Below are positions 9,661-19,538 of a stretch of DNA of 64,000 nucleotides, piece by piece (the first letter of the stretch is position 1; every line of letters begins with the position of its first letter). Position numbers and translations under genes: made by a program. The notes beneath the pieces are model-generated. The model was given only the letters and a program-made list of their open reading frames with translations. It ran no database searches and had not been told where the DNA came from. The DNA comes from an uncultured Gammaproteobacteria bacterium (lineage in GTDB: Bacteria > Patescibacteriota > Microgenomatia > Levybacterales > UBA12049). The stretch is from contig CAZDOJ010000001.1 of assembly GCA_964507055.1 (NCBI GenBank), positions 657,313-721,312 of the forward strand, written 5' to 3'.

Positions 9661-10743
9661 TTACTTGATCTCTAACACATGTTTATGCTTTTCTGAAGTA
9701 CTCATTGAAGACAGCAAACCAAGAAAGATAAAATTCGATAAGAGTGAACTTCCCCCAAAGGAAACAAATGGTAACGTAACACCTACAATAGGCACGATTC
9801 CGATATTCATACCAATATTTACGAACGCTGGGATGAGGACGATACCAAATGTACATGCCGCAAAAACTCGAATAAACGCATCATTGGTTCGTGAATAAAT
9901 AAGATAAATTCGATAACACAAGAACATAATAGTCACGATAATGATCAAAGCTCCAAAGAAACCAAGCCCCTCAGCAATTGTTGCAAAGATAAAGTCAGTT
10001 TGTCTTTCAGGCAAGAAACGTAACCCTGATTGTGTCCCCTCAGATAAACCTTTTCCAAGAAAATGTCCCGATCCCACAGCAATCATCGCTTGAATTGTAT
10101 TGTAGGAAATGCCCAAAGGATCGGATGTAGGATTAAGAAAGGTTAAAATACGCTCTCTTTGATAATCATGCATTCGCATCCAAAGAAATGGTGACATAAT
10201 AATAAATGGAGCTATGAGTGCAGCAAACCATCGAAAAGGGTAACCACAAATTACTAAAGCAAACATTGCTGTACTGGCGTAGAGAATTGCACTTCCTAAA
10301 TCCGGTTGGAATTCAACGAGAAGAAAGATTGGTGCAATTAATAGTAATGTCCTGAAAAATGATTTCATATTGGGAGTTTTTTGATCTGCAACCCACGATG
10401 CAAAAGCTATGGCAAGAAATGGCTTTAAAATTTCAGAGAATTGTAATCGAATACCGAAAACATCAATCCATCGTGTCGCCCCACGACTCTCGATACCAAT
10501 AGCTAAAGTAATACAAAGAATAACAATTGAAACAATATAGATTGGAAGTCGGAACTTTTGTATAAAGTGTGTATTTACCTGTGAGAATAGAAGGAATGCA
10601 AGTGATGCGATGACGAGTGAAATAAGCTGGCTTTTGAAAAAAGCGGGATTCAGTGAAAGAAGTGTTACAAGGCTTAATGAGACGAGAATGATCACTGGGA
10701 TCATTAATTGGTAGTCGATCTTAATCTTCGCTTTTGCTTTCAT
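9661..10743 (-). CDS. rodA: SEDS peptidoglycan glycosyltransferase RodA
   Basis: GATRWI, QFSEILK, QPDLG, YQRERI, LPERQTDFIF, GVTLPFVSFGGSS. Start moved to ATG 10743 because the ORF-track extension is read through a repeat. Confidence 0.9.
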   Translation of the reverse strand: MKAKAKIKIDYQLMIPVIILVSLSLVTLLSLNPAFFKSQLISLVIASLAFLLFSQVNTHFIQKFRLPIYIVSIVILCITLAIGIESRGATRWIDVFGIRLQFSEILKPFLAIAFASWVADQKTPNMKSFFRTLLLIAPIFLLVEFQPDLGSAILYASTAMFALVICGYPFRWFAALIAPFIIMSPFLWMRMHDYQRERILTFLNPTSDPLGISYNTIQAMIAVGSGHFLGKGLSEGTQSGLRFLPERQTDFIFATIAEGLGFFGALIIIVTIMFLCYRIYLIYSRTNDAFIRVFAACTFGIVLIPAFVNIGMNIGIVPIVGVTLPFVSFGGSSLLSNFIFLGLLSSMSTSEKHKHVLEIK

Positions 10744-10770
10744 ACGTTTAGAATTTATCCATATTATACA

Positions 10771-10862
10771 CGTCATCCTCGCGAATGCAGGGATCCAGAA
10801 ATAATATAAGTTAAAAACTAGCTGATCGGTGGAGCTGGATTCCTGCATTCGCAGGAATGACG
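10771..10862. repeat. RPE/dRS3-like composite palindromic element between ileS and rodA
   Basis: CGTCATCCTCGCGAATGCAGGGATCCAG (10771-10798) and CTGGATTCCTGCATTCGCAGGAATGACG (10835-10862) are 24/28 inverted repeats; right arm has internal palindrome ATTCCTGC-ATTC-GCAGGAAT. Confidence 0.85.
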
Positions 10863-10866
10863 AAGG

Positions 10867-13695
10867 TTATTCGCGGCTTTTAACACTAAATTCTCCTTTA
10901 GAAATTGCGTGAACAAGTGCATTCTTTTGAATGTATGATTCAAAATCTTTTGGCCATGTTTCAAGTGTAACTTCTACTCTTTCATCCAGCTTCGTGCCAA
11001 GCTTTTTGCGTTCTTCCTGAATCTTACGGACAATTTCTCGAGCATGACCCTCAGCAATGAGAGATTCAGTTAAACTTGTATCAAGTTCGACACTCATCTC
11101 ATTGGTTTTTGCGTCATGGAATGAAACTTCTTTTACATTAAGTTCATCCAAGATGAGCTGATGCAAATTTGCATCAATTGCTACATCTTTTGATAAAACA
11201 CGAATTGATGCCAAAGGCTGTTTTACTTTGATTTGTTTTTCTTTGCGTTGAGCTAGTCCCATTTCTACAATCTTACGTACTACTTTCATCTGCTCCAATA
11301 AACTTTGATCCTTTGCTTCAAGCTTCTTACTCTCAGGCCAATCTGTAAGATGAACTGATTCTTTATCCGTTAAATTAAGGTACATCTCTTCAGAAACAAA
11401 TGGAACGATTGGAGCGAGCAGTTGTGTCAATGTCACTAAAACATGCTGTGTTGTTTCATAGAATGCTTTCTTATCTGCTTGATCTTCAGCACTTGGTCCA
11501 ACTCTATCACGACTTCGACGGATATACCATGTTGAAAGATCAGTAATAAATAATTTGAGCGAATCAATAGTACTGACAGTATCATAATTATCTAAGCTCT
11601 TCGTAACATCAGCTTTTACTTGTTCAAGCAAGGTAAGTATCCATTGATCCAAAACATTTGTTGCCTGAGCTGAGTCGAAAGTTTTATCAGATGGCTTCCA
11701 TTCATCGAGATTTGCATATGTGATAAAGAAGTTATATGTATTCCAAAGAATAAGCATTGTCGTACGAAGCTGCAATTTATATTGATCTTCTGAAATGAGT
11801 ATGTCTTCTCCACTCATAACTGGAGTACCAAGAAGGTATAAACGAAGTGCATCTCCACCATATTTCTCAAGCATTTCTGCTGGATCTGGATAGTTCTTGA
11901 AGTTCTTACTCATCTTTCGACCATCAGTTCCGAGGATAACTCCAGTGACACTTACATTTTTGAATGCTTGTTGTTTGTACAAAGCTGCTCCGATAACATG
12001 TAATACGTAAAACCATGACCGAATCTGTCCTGTGTATTCGGAGATGTAATCAGGTGGGAAGAAATCTTCAACTTTTTCAGTAGAATCAAATGGGAAATGA
12101 CGTTCTGCAAATGATGCGGATCCAGCCTCAATCCAACTATCCAAAACTTCAGGGACGCGATGAGCAGTACTACCACATTCTTTACACTTGACCGTCACAT
12201 CATCAATTTCTGGACGATGGAGTTCAGTGATTTTTTGTCCAGAAGCTTTTTCAAGCTCTGCAACAGATCCTGGAACATATCGCTCGCCGCATTCACATTC
12301 CCACACAGGCACAGGACTTCCCCAATACCTATTTCGTGAGATGTTCCAGTCCGGAGCATTTTCCAAACTCTTGAGGAATCGACCTTTCTTAAAATGCTTT
12401 GGGTACCAATTTACTTTTTCATTTGTTTCTTTCAAAAGAGGTTTGAGATCTTTGACATTTACATACCACGCATTAATTGGAGCGTAATAGAGGCGTGTGT
12501 GGCATCTCCAACACAATGGCACACGATGCATATAATCTTTATTTGAATAAATTAATCCTCGCTCTTCCAAATCCGCATTTACAGCTTTATTTGCCTTGAG
12601 ATAATACATGCCACCGAATTTTGGTACATCTGGCTTTACAGTTCCTTCATCATCAAGGTGGGTTTCGATATACACGCCTTGCTCCTGCATAACTTTCAAA
12701 TCCTCCTCACCGTACGCTGCGATAGTTACGATGCCGGTTCCCTCATCAGCTGAGACATAATCGGCACCAATGATTTCAAAAAATTTCCCTGTTGCTCGAT
12801 CTTTGTAGTAATCATAATGAGGAACAAATTTTTTACCAACTAAGTCTTTTCCTTTGTAGTGCTCGACAATTTCAAACTTCGGTTCTTCATGAAGCATCTT
12901 GAGCGTCGTCTCTGCAAGAATGTAATATTCATTCCCCTGTTTTACCTTAACGTATGTTAGCTTAGGGTTAACAGCGAGAACTGGTGTATTAATCTTATTC
13001 CAAGGTGTTGTGGACCATGCTAAGAAATATGTATCTTTTTCACCAGCAAGTGGATATTTGTATGTGGTTGAAGGATCGACAAGTTCTTTATAATTTTCTG
13101 CATCCATTGCGACTTCGAAGTTTGAGATAGGTGTCGAGCAATGTGGACAATAGAGATTTACTTTATAACCTTTATAAATATGCCCTTTGTCATACATTTG
13201 CTTGAAGACCCACATGACTGATTCCATATAATCTATCTCCCATGTCTTGTATGCATTTTTGAAATCCACCCAACGTCCGATACGATCGACATACCATTCC
13301 CAATCTGATGAGACGACATCGACATATGATTTACATGCATCAATAAATTTCTTAACGCCAACTATCTCTTCAATATCCTTTTTGCGTGCGATCTCTAATT
13401 CATTCTCTACCTTATTTTCAATTGGCAATCCATGACCATCCCATCCCCAAACACGTCGGACACGATAGCCTTTCATGGTCCAATAGCGTCCAAAAACATC
13501 TTTTGGCAGACTTGAAAGCAATGATCCGTAATGAGGCATACCGGTCACAAATGGTGGACCATCAAGAAAAGTCCATCGCTTATCAGCTGGACGAGAGGTA
13601 ATAGATTTTTCAAAGATTTTATTTTCTTTCCAATATCGATTGATATTTTCTTCCAACTCGGGAAAACTTACTTTTGGAGAAACTGGTTTTAGCAT
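10867..13695 (-). CDS. ileS: Isoleucine--tRNA ligase, type 2 (archaeal/eukaryote-like clade)
   Basis: DGPPFVTGMPHYGS, GWDGHGLPIE, WSTTPW, DWNISRNRYWG, KMSKN, WYIRRSRDR. Confidence 0.96.
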   Translation of the reverse strand: MLKPVSPKVSFPELEENINRYWKENKIFEKSITSRPADKRWTFLDGPPFVTGMPHYGSLLSSLPKDVFGRYWTMKGYRVRRVWGWDGHGLPIENKVENELEIARKKDIEEIVGVKKFIDACKSYVDVVSSDWEWYVDRIGRWVDFKNAYKTWEIDYMESVMWVFKQMYDKGHIYKGYKVNLYCPHCSTPISNFEVAMDAENYKELVDPSTTYKYPLAGEKDTYFLAWSTTPWNKINTPVLAVNPKLTYVKVKQGNEYYILAETTLKMLHEEPKFEIVEHYKGKDLVGKKFVPHYDYYKDRATGKFFEIIGADYVSADEGTGIVTIAAYGEEDLKVMQEQGVYIETHLDDEGTVKPDVPKFGGMYYLKANKAVNADLEERGLIYSNKDYMHRVPLCWRCHTRLYYAPINAWYVNVKDLKPLLKETNEKVNWYPKHFKKGRFLKSLENAPDWNISRNRYWGSPVPVWECECGERYVPGSVAELEKASGQKITELHRPEIDDVTVKCKECGSTAHRVPEVLDSWIEAGSASFAERHFPFDSTEKVEDFFPPDYISEYTGQIRSWFYVLHVIGAALYKQQAFKNVSVTGVILGTDGRKMSKNFKNYPDPAEMLEKYGGDALRLYLLGTPVMSGEDILISEDQYKLQLRTTMLILWNTYNFFITYANLDEWKPSDKTFDSAQATNVLDQWILTLLEQVKADVTKSLDNYDTVSTIDSLKLFITDLSTWYIRRSRDRVGPSAEDQADKKAFYETTQHVLVTLTQLLAPIVPFVSEEMYLNLTDKESVHLTDWPESKKLEAKDQSLLEQMKVVRKIVEMGLAQRKEKQIKVKQPLASIRVLSKDVAIDANLHQLILDELNVKEVSFHDAKTNEMSVELDTSLTESLIAEGHAREIVRKIQEERKKLGTKLDERVEVTLETWPKDFESYIQKNALVHAISKGEFSVKSRE
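11661..11681 (-). repeat. Possible remnant of a short palindromic repeat in frame within ileS (TFDSAQA)
   Basis: TTGCCTGAGCTGAGTCGAAAG resembles, from memory, the CCTGAGCnnAGTCGAAGG repeat whose translation is PFDSAQG. Confidence 0.45.
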
Positions 13696-13789
13696 GAATA
13701 CAATTGTACTTCAAACCTAAAACTAATTCAATAGAAGGGTAAGCAGAAATAAAGAAAGAAGTTATAAAATTTCTATTGAGGGAAAGTAA

Positions 13790-14347
13790 CTATTGTGCAC
13801 ACCAGTAGCAGTTATTTGTACCACCTTGAGATTTGCATGTAGTTCCCGCAGTACCACTTTGGGTGTATCGGGTGTTTGAATCTCGTTGCTGTGACTCAGA
13901 TTTAGGTTGGAAACAAACGATTGTATCCGCAGCATTACTTGTTTGTGGATTTGGATTAGTAACAATTGCTTGATTAAGATTATTTGCATTAAGGAATGAT
14001 TGCTTGAGTTCTCCTTCGGTAATAAGTGTTTGGATACATGCAGTGAGACTACTCATAGGAACTGAAGCCAATGTCGTACCACTTGTATAACATGCAGCAC
14101 CACCGCTAGCTGTTGAATTCCATGGAAGAGCATTTTTTACTGAGAAGTATCGAACATTTGCACTTACGAACTGTGCAGCGACATTTTTAAGGTTTGTATC
14201 TTGTGCTTTGTTAAGCTGTTCAACTGGATTGATTGTAGCGAGGAGTGCGGCAGCGAGAATACCAAGGATACCGAGTACTACGAGTAACTCGATAAGGGTA
14301 AATCCTTTTTGGATCTTTTTTGTTAAGCTAGGCAGATTCTTTAACAT
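13790..14347 (-). CDS. Type IV pilin (class III signal peptide)
   Basis: KKIQKG|FTLIELLVVLGILGILAA..INPVEQLNKAQD; six Cys; start set at ATG 14347. Confidence 0.9.
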   Translation of the reverse strand: MLKNLPSLTKKIQKGFTLIELLVVLGILGILAAALLATINPVEQLNKAQDTNLKNVAAQFVSANVRYFSVKNALPWNSTASGGAACYTSGTTLASVPMSSLTACIQTLITEGELKQSFLNANNLNQAIVTNPNPQTSNAADTIVCFQPKSESQQRDSNTRYTQSGTAGTTCKSQGGTNNCYWCAQ

Positions 14348-14432
14348 AAATTCTAATCTCAGCATAATTACATCACATGACAAACAGCGGTGTCAATAGG
14401 GAAACATTAGTATTTTTTGCTATAATTTCCTT

Positions 14433-15134
14433 ATGCTAATAAAAGTTCTCTCTTGGAACATCTGGTTTGGGAACCACTACCATGATATTGTCGAACATCT
14501 GAAAAACGTCGAAGCAGACATTATTGCACTTCAGGAAGTTATTCAGGATGTCGATGGAAAACATAATACAGCTGAAAACATTGCAAAAGAACTAGGCTAT
14601 CACTGGAAGTATGAAGAATCTATGCAGTTACAGTTGAATGGAAAAACTGTCAGCTGGGGAAATGCTATTTTGAGCAAACACAAACTTCTTTCAACAGAAT
14701 TGCATGAGCTCTCTACTGGAGAGAATCGCAGAACTGCACTTGAAGTAAAGATCGAGATCGAAGGGAAAGAGATTTCGGTCACATCAACGCAACTTACACA
14801 TACACATCAACAACCTTCAGACCTGCAAGATGCACAAGTAAAAAAGCTTTTTGAGAGTCTACCGACGACAACTGCTATGGTTATGGGAGACTTCAATGCA
14901 CTTCCTGAAAGTAACACCATCAAATATATGTCGGAACGATTACAAAATACTGATTCGCAACTCGATCCTACATGGTGTATGTATATCGATGGATGCAATA
15001 TCTGTAAAATTGATCAACTGACGCATCGTTTGGATTATATTTTTACGACGAAGGAATTTAGGGTCCACTCTTTCCAAACCGATTATTCAAAGGGATCAGA
15101 TCATTTGCCTATTGCAGTATCACTTGAGATTTGA
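14433..15134 (+). CDS. Endonuclease/exonuclease/phosphatase (EEP) family protein
   Basis: SWNI, ALQEV, GNAILS, GDFNA, LDYIF, SDHLPI. Confidence 0.92.
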   Translation: MLIKVLSWNIWFGNHYHDIVEHLKNVEADIIALQEVIQDVDGKHNTAENIAKELGYHWKYEESMQLQLNGKTVSWGNAILSKHKLLSTELHELSTGENRRTALEVKIEIEGKEISVTSTQLTHTHQQPSDLQDAQVKKLFESLPTTTAMVMGDFNALPESNTIKYMSERLQNTDSQLDPTWCMYIDGCNICKIDQLTHRLDYIFTTKEFRVHSFQTDYSKGSDHLPIAVSLEI

Positions 15135-16012
15135 GGTTTTCTTCTTCGTGTTTTTCTTAACGGTTCAATAACAGGTACTTCTTCTTTTTGAAATTGTTCA
15201 CTTCCAAAGACATACAATCCAGTTAGTATAATCAATGTTTGTGCGACACCAATCCAATCAAATTCGGAAGAGGTTTCGACTGTAGTCAATGGATCAAAAA
15301 AGAGAGATCCAAAAACAATGATTCCAGAGAAAAGTAATGAATTAAGCAGTAATGTCACTTTCCACCAATTCCATGTATATCGCTTATATTCAAGTGTTAT
15401 CCATAGCCAGAAAATTAGAATCGGTGCAAATATTATCATTCCTGAGTATGTATCGGAAGAACTTGCAGTTGTAGCAGATTCGATCGATGTCGTAGGTAAA
15501 AGCGATAACACTAAGAGTACACAGATAAAAATGAGCGAATAACCCCAAAAAGCCATTTGAATCATCCCCCACTTTTTATTTTTCTCTAAGATTTCTTTTG
15601 CTCGTGTTGGGATAGAAAGATAACGATTTGCTGCCAATTGGTACATAGCAAACATATACGGCAAGCTCAAAAGCAATCCCACCATTGTATTAAGAAGCAA
15701 ATTCTCAGTATCAGCACTATACGCTAAAAATGACAAATAACCGATCACAGGATGTTCTGGAGCTGCTGCGTAGAGTAAGAATAATGCAGAATATGCAATG
15801 TTAAACCAGAAAAAATACCTCCAGAAATTTGTCTCAAAAATCTGTTTTCTAAAAATATATGAATATACACCTGTAAGCCCTACTGCATAGACGACTATAT
15901 CTGTAAGAAATAATCCAACAGGTGCAGAAGGATATGAGAATTCAATAATAGTTACCAAAGCAAGTAACACCACATTTAACCAGAAATAGACTTTCCACCA
16001 AAATAGTTTCAT
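15101..16012 (-). CDS. Hypothetical multi-pass membrane protein
   Basis: 303-aa ORF, about 8 aromatic-rich hydrophobic segments; TATAAT upstream. Confidence 0.7.
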   Translation of the reverse strand: MKLFWWKVYFWLNVVLLALVTIIEFSYPSAPVGLFLTDIVVYAVGLTGVYSYIFRKQIFETNFWRYFFWFNIAYSALFLLYAAAPEHPVIGYLSFLAYSADTENLLLNTMVGLLLSLPYMFAMYQLAANRYLSIPTRAKEILEKNKKWGMIQMAFWGYSLIFICVLLVLSLLPTTSIESATTASSSDTYSGMIIFAPILIFWLWITLEYKRYTWNWWKVTLLLNSLLFSGIIVFGSLFFDPLTTVETSSEFDWIGVAQTLIILTGLYVFGSEQFQKEEVPVIEPLRKTRRRKPQISSDTAIGK

Positions 16013-16053
16013 AACTCAGGAAATTATATCAGAAAGTTTTGAGCAAAGATTCA

Positions 16054-16629
16054 TTAATAGGATGTTTGGAGGTTCGCATCTTTGTCGATTTGCTGAATCG
16101 GACTTTGTGCTTGTGTCGGATTAAATTCATTAACTATGATTGTCGATGGATTTTCAACAATTTTTACACTTGTCGTGAAAGGCTTGCCGGTAACAACCGC
16201 TTGTTTCGCTGCAACTGTAGGTTTTGCCGTAACAACTGGTGTTGTACTGACATATATATAAATAGTTGGTGTTGGTTCAATCCTTGTCGGAGATGTAGTC
16301 GTTTGTGCAGCTTTGGGTTCAGGTGTGAGTGTAGGAATCATCGTAACTGTAGCCTTTATTTCTGATCGTGGGAACTTGGTTGGTTTTGCAGAGACAGTTA
16401 AACCAGCTGCTGATGTTGCAGGAATCGTAACTCCAGCTGATTTGGTAGCAGTTTGCATTGCAAAAATTGTCGGAGTCGGAGAGATGACATCTGTCGGAAC
16501 AACTGCTTTTGTGACTGCTACACCTTGTACTGATTCTTTTGTAGGGGGTACGATAAATGACACTATCGCTGATGAAACTGGGATAGCAATGAGTAGGCAG
16601 GATAGAAAGATGATGATCTTCTTATCCAC
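16054..16629 (-). CDS. N-terminally anchored Pro/Thr-rich low-complexity protein
   Basis: One N-terminal hydrophobic helix then PT-rich tract; GTG start 6 nt after TGtTATAAT. Confidence 0.7.
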   Translation of the reverse strand: MDKKIIIFLSCLLIAIPVSSAIVSFIVPPTKESVQGVAVTKAVVPTDVISPTPTIFAMQTATKSAGVTIPATSAAGLTVSAKPTKFPRSEIKATVTMIPTLTPEPKAAQTTTSPTRIEPTPTIYIYVSTTPVVTAKPTVAAKQAVVTGKPFTTSVKIVENPSTIIVNEFNPTQAQSPIQQIDKDANLQTSY

Positions 16630-16666
16630 GAAAAGATTATAACATCAATATAAATTAATGCAAAGA

Positions 16667-17209
16667 CTATTTTCTGATTCTGAAGTTCAAATATTTATTG
16701 CCCCAATTATTTAACTGCAATCCTGAAGCATGTAATACTGAAGCGGATCCAATATTGTCAACATGTACATTCGCCCGAAGTTCTGTATAACCTCTTTCTT
16801 TAAAAGCATAATCGACAAGTGTTTTTACAGAAGTTTGCATATAGCCTTTATGCTGATATTCTCCGCCTAAATAATAACCCACAATTCCAATATCTGGCCT
16901 GTCCCCTGTCGGAGTTAAATTAATACTTCCTACTAGTTCATTCGTCTCATTCCAAACACCAAATCGAAGACGTTTTGGATCCCTACCTATGCTTTGTTGA
17001 AATGATTCTAAATTCGGATAATGCGAAGCTGTCGCCTCATCAAATTGTGAGAGATGCTCTCGATTTCGATCAATTAAATCAAAAGCAGCGGGAGCGTCTT
17101 CCATAGTGTATTGCCGTAAAATAACTCGTCCATCTGAAGAAACAAGTTGTATAGGCTGATGCATAGTATCCTCTTGGTGAAAGTACTGTTGTCTCTCTTT
17201 CGAACTCAT
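16667..17209 (-). CDS. GNAT N-acetyltransferase, RimJ/RimL family
   Basis: LIDRNREHLSQF, LVGSINL, VGYYLGGEYQHKGYM, NIGSASVL. Confidence 0.88.
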   Translation of the reverse strand: MSSKERQQYFHQEDTMHQPIQLVSSDGRVILRQYTMEDAPAAFDLIDRNREHLSQFDEATASHYPNLESFQQSIGRDPKRLRFGVWNETNELVGSINLTPTGDRPDIGIVGYYLGGEYQHKGYMQTSVKTLVDYAFKERGYTELRANVHVDNIGSASVLHASGLQLNNWGNKYLNFRIRK

Positions 17210-17257
17210 GGAGAGAATTATAGCATGCTGTTGTCATTTTAGATTATATAACCTATA

Positions 17258-18190
17258 ATGCCGCAAATGGTAGAGCAAGAAACAAAAGCAATAGTAATTC
17301 ATGGAGGAGCAGGGGCTGTAAATATGTTTGATCAGCGAGATAAACAGAATCTTTCTGATAAAACGATTGCACTCGCAAGAATTGTCAGTAATGGATGGAA
17401 ACAATTAGAAGCAAATAATTCAGCTCTTGAAGTAGTCACCAGTACTGTTATGCAATTAGAAAATGATCCAGCTTTCAATGCAGGGATCGGTGCTGCCATA
17501 GGACTTGGACGTGATGGCGAGCCGTTGGTTTCTCTGGACGCGAGCATCATGTTCGTTGACGAAGAAGGAAGTATTTGTTTTGGTGGTGTAACCGGCGTAA
17601 CAAATATGGCAAATCCTATACTCGCGGCACGTGAAGTTATAGATACAGGCAGCATTTTGTTACATGGCGAAGGTGCCAATGATATAGCTGCGGCAGCTGC
17701 AGAAAAATATGCAATACCTCCTATTACGAACGAAATGATGATGACTGATTTAAAACTCGAAAGATTTCATGCGGGTCGAAAAACTACTGAAGGAGGAACA
17801 ATAGGAGTCGTTGTATTCGATGGGACAACTATCGTTGCGGGTACTTCAACAGGTGGACGCAATAGAAAAGATTTTGGCAGAACTGGAGATTCATGTGTTC
17901 CAGGAAAAGGAACATATGCAAATAGACTTGGCGGTGCTTCCGCAACTGGAAATGGAGAAAAGATTTTGATACATGGAACAACGGAAAAAGCTGTAGAGCT
18001 ACTCAACGATGGAAAAACTCCTCAAGAAGCGGCGGAATTAGTATCAAGCGAACTTGAACGGATAGGTGGAAATGGTGGGATAATTCTTTTGGATCGATTG
18101 GGAAGGATAGGAGTAGCAACAAATTCCACACACATGCCAAACGCCAGAATGTCCTCAAGAATGAGCCTGCCAAGGATAAATGTTAGATAA
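17258..18190 (+). CDS. Isoaspartyl peptidase / plant-type L-asparaginase (Ntn hydrolase)
   Basis: IVIHGGAG, LENDPAFNAG, LDASIM, G|TIGVV nucleophile, TSTGG, GRTGDS, SATGNGE. Confidence 0.92.
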   Translation: MPQMVEQETKAIVIHGGAGAVNMFDQRDKQNLSDKTIALARIVSNGWKQLEANNSALEVVTSTVMQLENDPAFNAGIGAAIGLGRDGEPLVSLDASIMFVDEEGSICFGGVTGVTNMANPILAAREVIDTGSILLHGEGANDIAAAAAEKYAIPPITNEMMMTDLKLERFHAGRKTTEGGTIGVVVFDGTTIVAGTSTGGRNRKDFGRTGDSCVPGKGTYANRLGGASATGNGEKILIHGTTEKAVELLNDGKTPQEAAELVSSELERIGGNGGIILLDRLGRIGVATNSTHMPNARMSSRMSLPRINVR

Positions 18191-18204
18191 TAAACTTGAA
18201 ATTT

Positions 18205-19395
18205 TTAATTTCTCTGTCTGAGGAATGCGGGGATATCCCATTCGTCTTCTACTGACTTTTCGTCTTTCTTCTCCGGTTGTGGAGATTGGACATGTTGCTG
18301 TGGCTGTTCTTCGTCTTCGTCATGATCCTTTTGCTGATTTTGTTGCTCTTCTTGCTGGACTGGTGGTTGGGTCCTTGTCAAGGGAGTATCCGTAACTTGT
18401 GGCGTTGGCTGTTGGATGACGAATTGCTGCAGTCTTTGTTTTGCTTGATCGAATCCTGTTGCAACAACAGTGATACGGATCTGGTCATGCATGGTTTCAT
18501 CAATAGTTGCACCAAAGATGATATTTGCATCAGGATCAGCTGCACTTGAAATGATCTTTGCTGCTTCATCAACTTCAGTCATCGTCAAATCATTACCACC
18601 GACGACGTTAAACAACACACCTCGTGCACCTTCCATACTGATTTCAAGGAGTGGAGAAGCTATCGCAGAACGTGCTGCCGTCTGGGCTCGATTTTCGCCG
18701 ATACCACTGCCGATACCCATAAGGGCTGAACCGGCATCGGACATAATATTCCGGACATCGGCGAAATCGACATTGATAAGACCAGGCATTGTGATGATCT
18801 CAGAAATACCTTGGACACCTTGTGTGAGAACTGAATCAGCAACTTTGAATGCATCAAGCAAACTTAACTTTCGATCGACAACATCAAGGATTCTTTGATT
18901 TGGAATAACGATAAGAGTATCAACTTTGTCTTTGAGGTTGTCGATACCTTCTTCTGCACTAACCATTCTTCGAGTTCCTTCAAACATAAATGGCTTGGTA
19001 ACAACAGCGACTGTCAAAGCACCAACTTCTTTTGCAATTTCAGCAACGACTGAAGTTGCTCCTGTACCTGTTCCTCCACCCATACCAGCTGTGAGAAAGA
19101 CCATGTCTGAGCCCTCAAGTGCGTTTTTAATTTTTTCACGTGACTCTTCAGCAGCTTGCCGACCAATTTCAGGATCTCCACCTGATCCGAGTCCTTTGGT
19201 AAAGATTTCACCAATTTGAATCTTGGTATCAGCTTTGTTGAGAAGAAGTGCTTGTGCGTCTGTATTGATGGCTATGAAATCAACACCGTGGATACTTCCA
19301 CTTGAGATCATTGAGCCGATAGCATTGCTACCACCACCACCAACACCCATGACACGAATTTTTGCGAAGTTAGTGGATTGCGGACGAATTAACAT
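18205..19395 (-). CDS. ftsZ: Cell division protein FtsZ
   Basis: [27 protein letters not shown]-terminal DIPAFLR. Confidence 0.99.
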   Translation of the reverse strand: MLIRPQSTNFAKIRVMGVGGGGSNAIGSMISSGSIHGVDFIAINTDAQALLLNKADTKIQIGEIFTKGLGSGGDPEIGRQAAEESREKIKNALEGSDMVFLTAGMGGGTGTGATSVVAEIAKEVGALTVAVVTKPFMFEGTRRMVSAEEGIDNLKDKVDTLIVIPNQRILDVVDRKLSLLDAFKVADSVLTQGVQGISEIITMPGLINVDFADVRNIMSDAGSALMGIGSGIGENRAQTAARSAIASPLLEISMEGARGVLFNVVGGNDLTMTEVDEAAKIISSAADPDANIIFGATIDETMHDQIRITVVATGFDQAKQRLQQFVIQQPTPQVTDTPLTRTQPPVQQEEQQNQQKDHDEDEEQPQQHVQSPQPEKKDEKSVEDEWDIPAFLRQRN

Positions 19396-19538
19396 AGTCT
19401 TGTGGGCTGGTCAAATCCTACCAAATCTCTATCAGGTTTGCAATAAGTAAATGAGTATATTCTTGCTTCAGACTACAAGGATTTCCCCAATTTAGCTTTA
19501 AAAATAAAATTTTGCAAACAGTTTTTTTAGAGAGGTAT

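Noticed and set aside
10744-10848. 35-aa N-terminal extension of RodA in the ORF track (..WIPAFARMT..)
   Set aside because: It is the translation of the palindromic element; a -10 box and ATG 10743 lie downstream of it
15101-15134. Convergent 3' overlaps (also 39765-39776)
   Set aside because: Short tail-to-tail overlaps are common in compact genomes
18250-18440. Gln/Glu-rich low-complexity tract
   Set aside because: Ordinary disordered FtsZ C-terminal linker
16039-19450. Many 60-140 aa antisense or nested ORFs here and across the window
   Set aside because: Shadows of well-supported genes; no recognisable motifs or independent start signals
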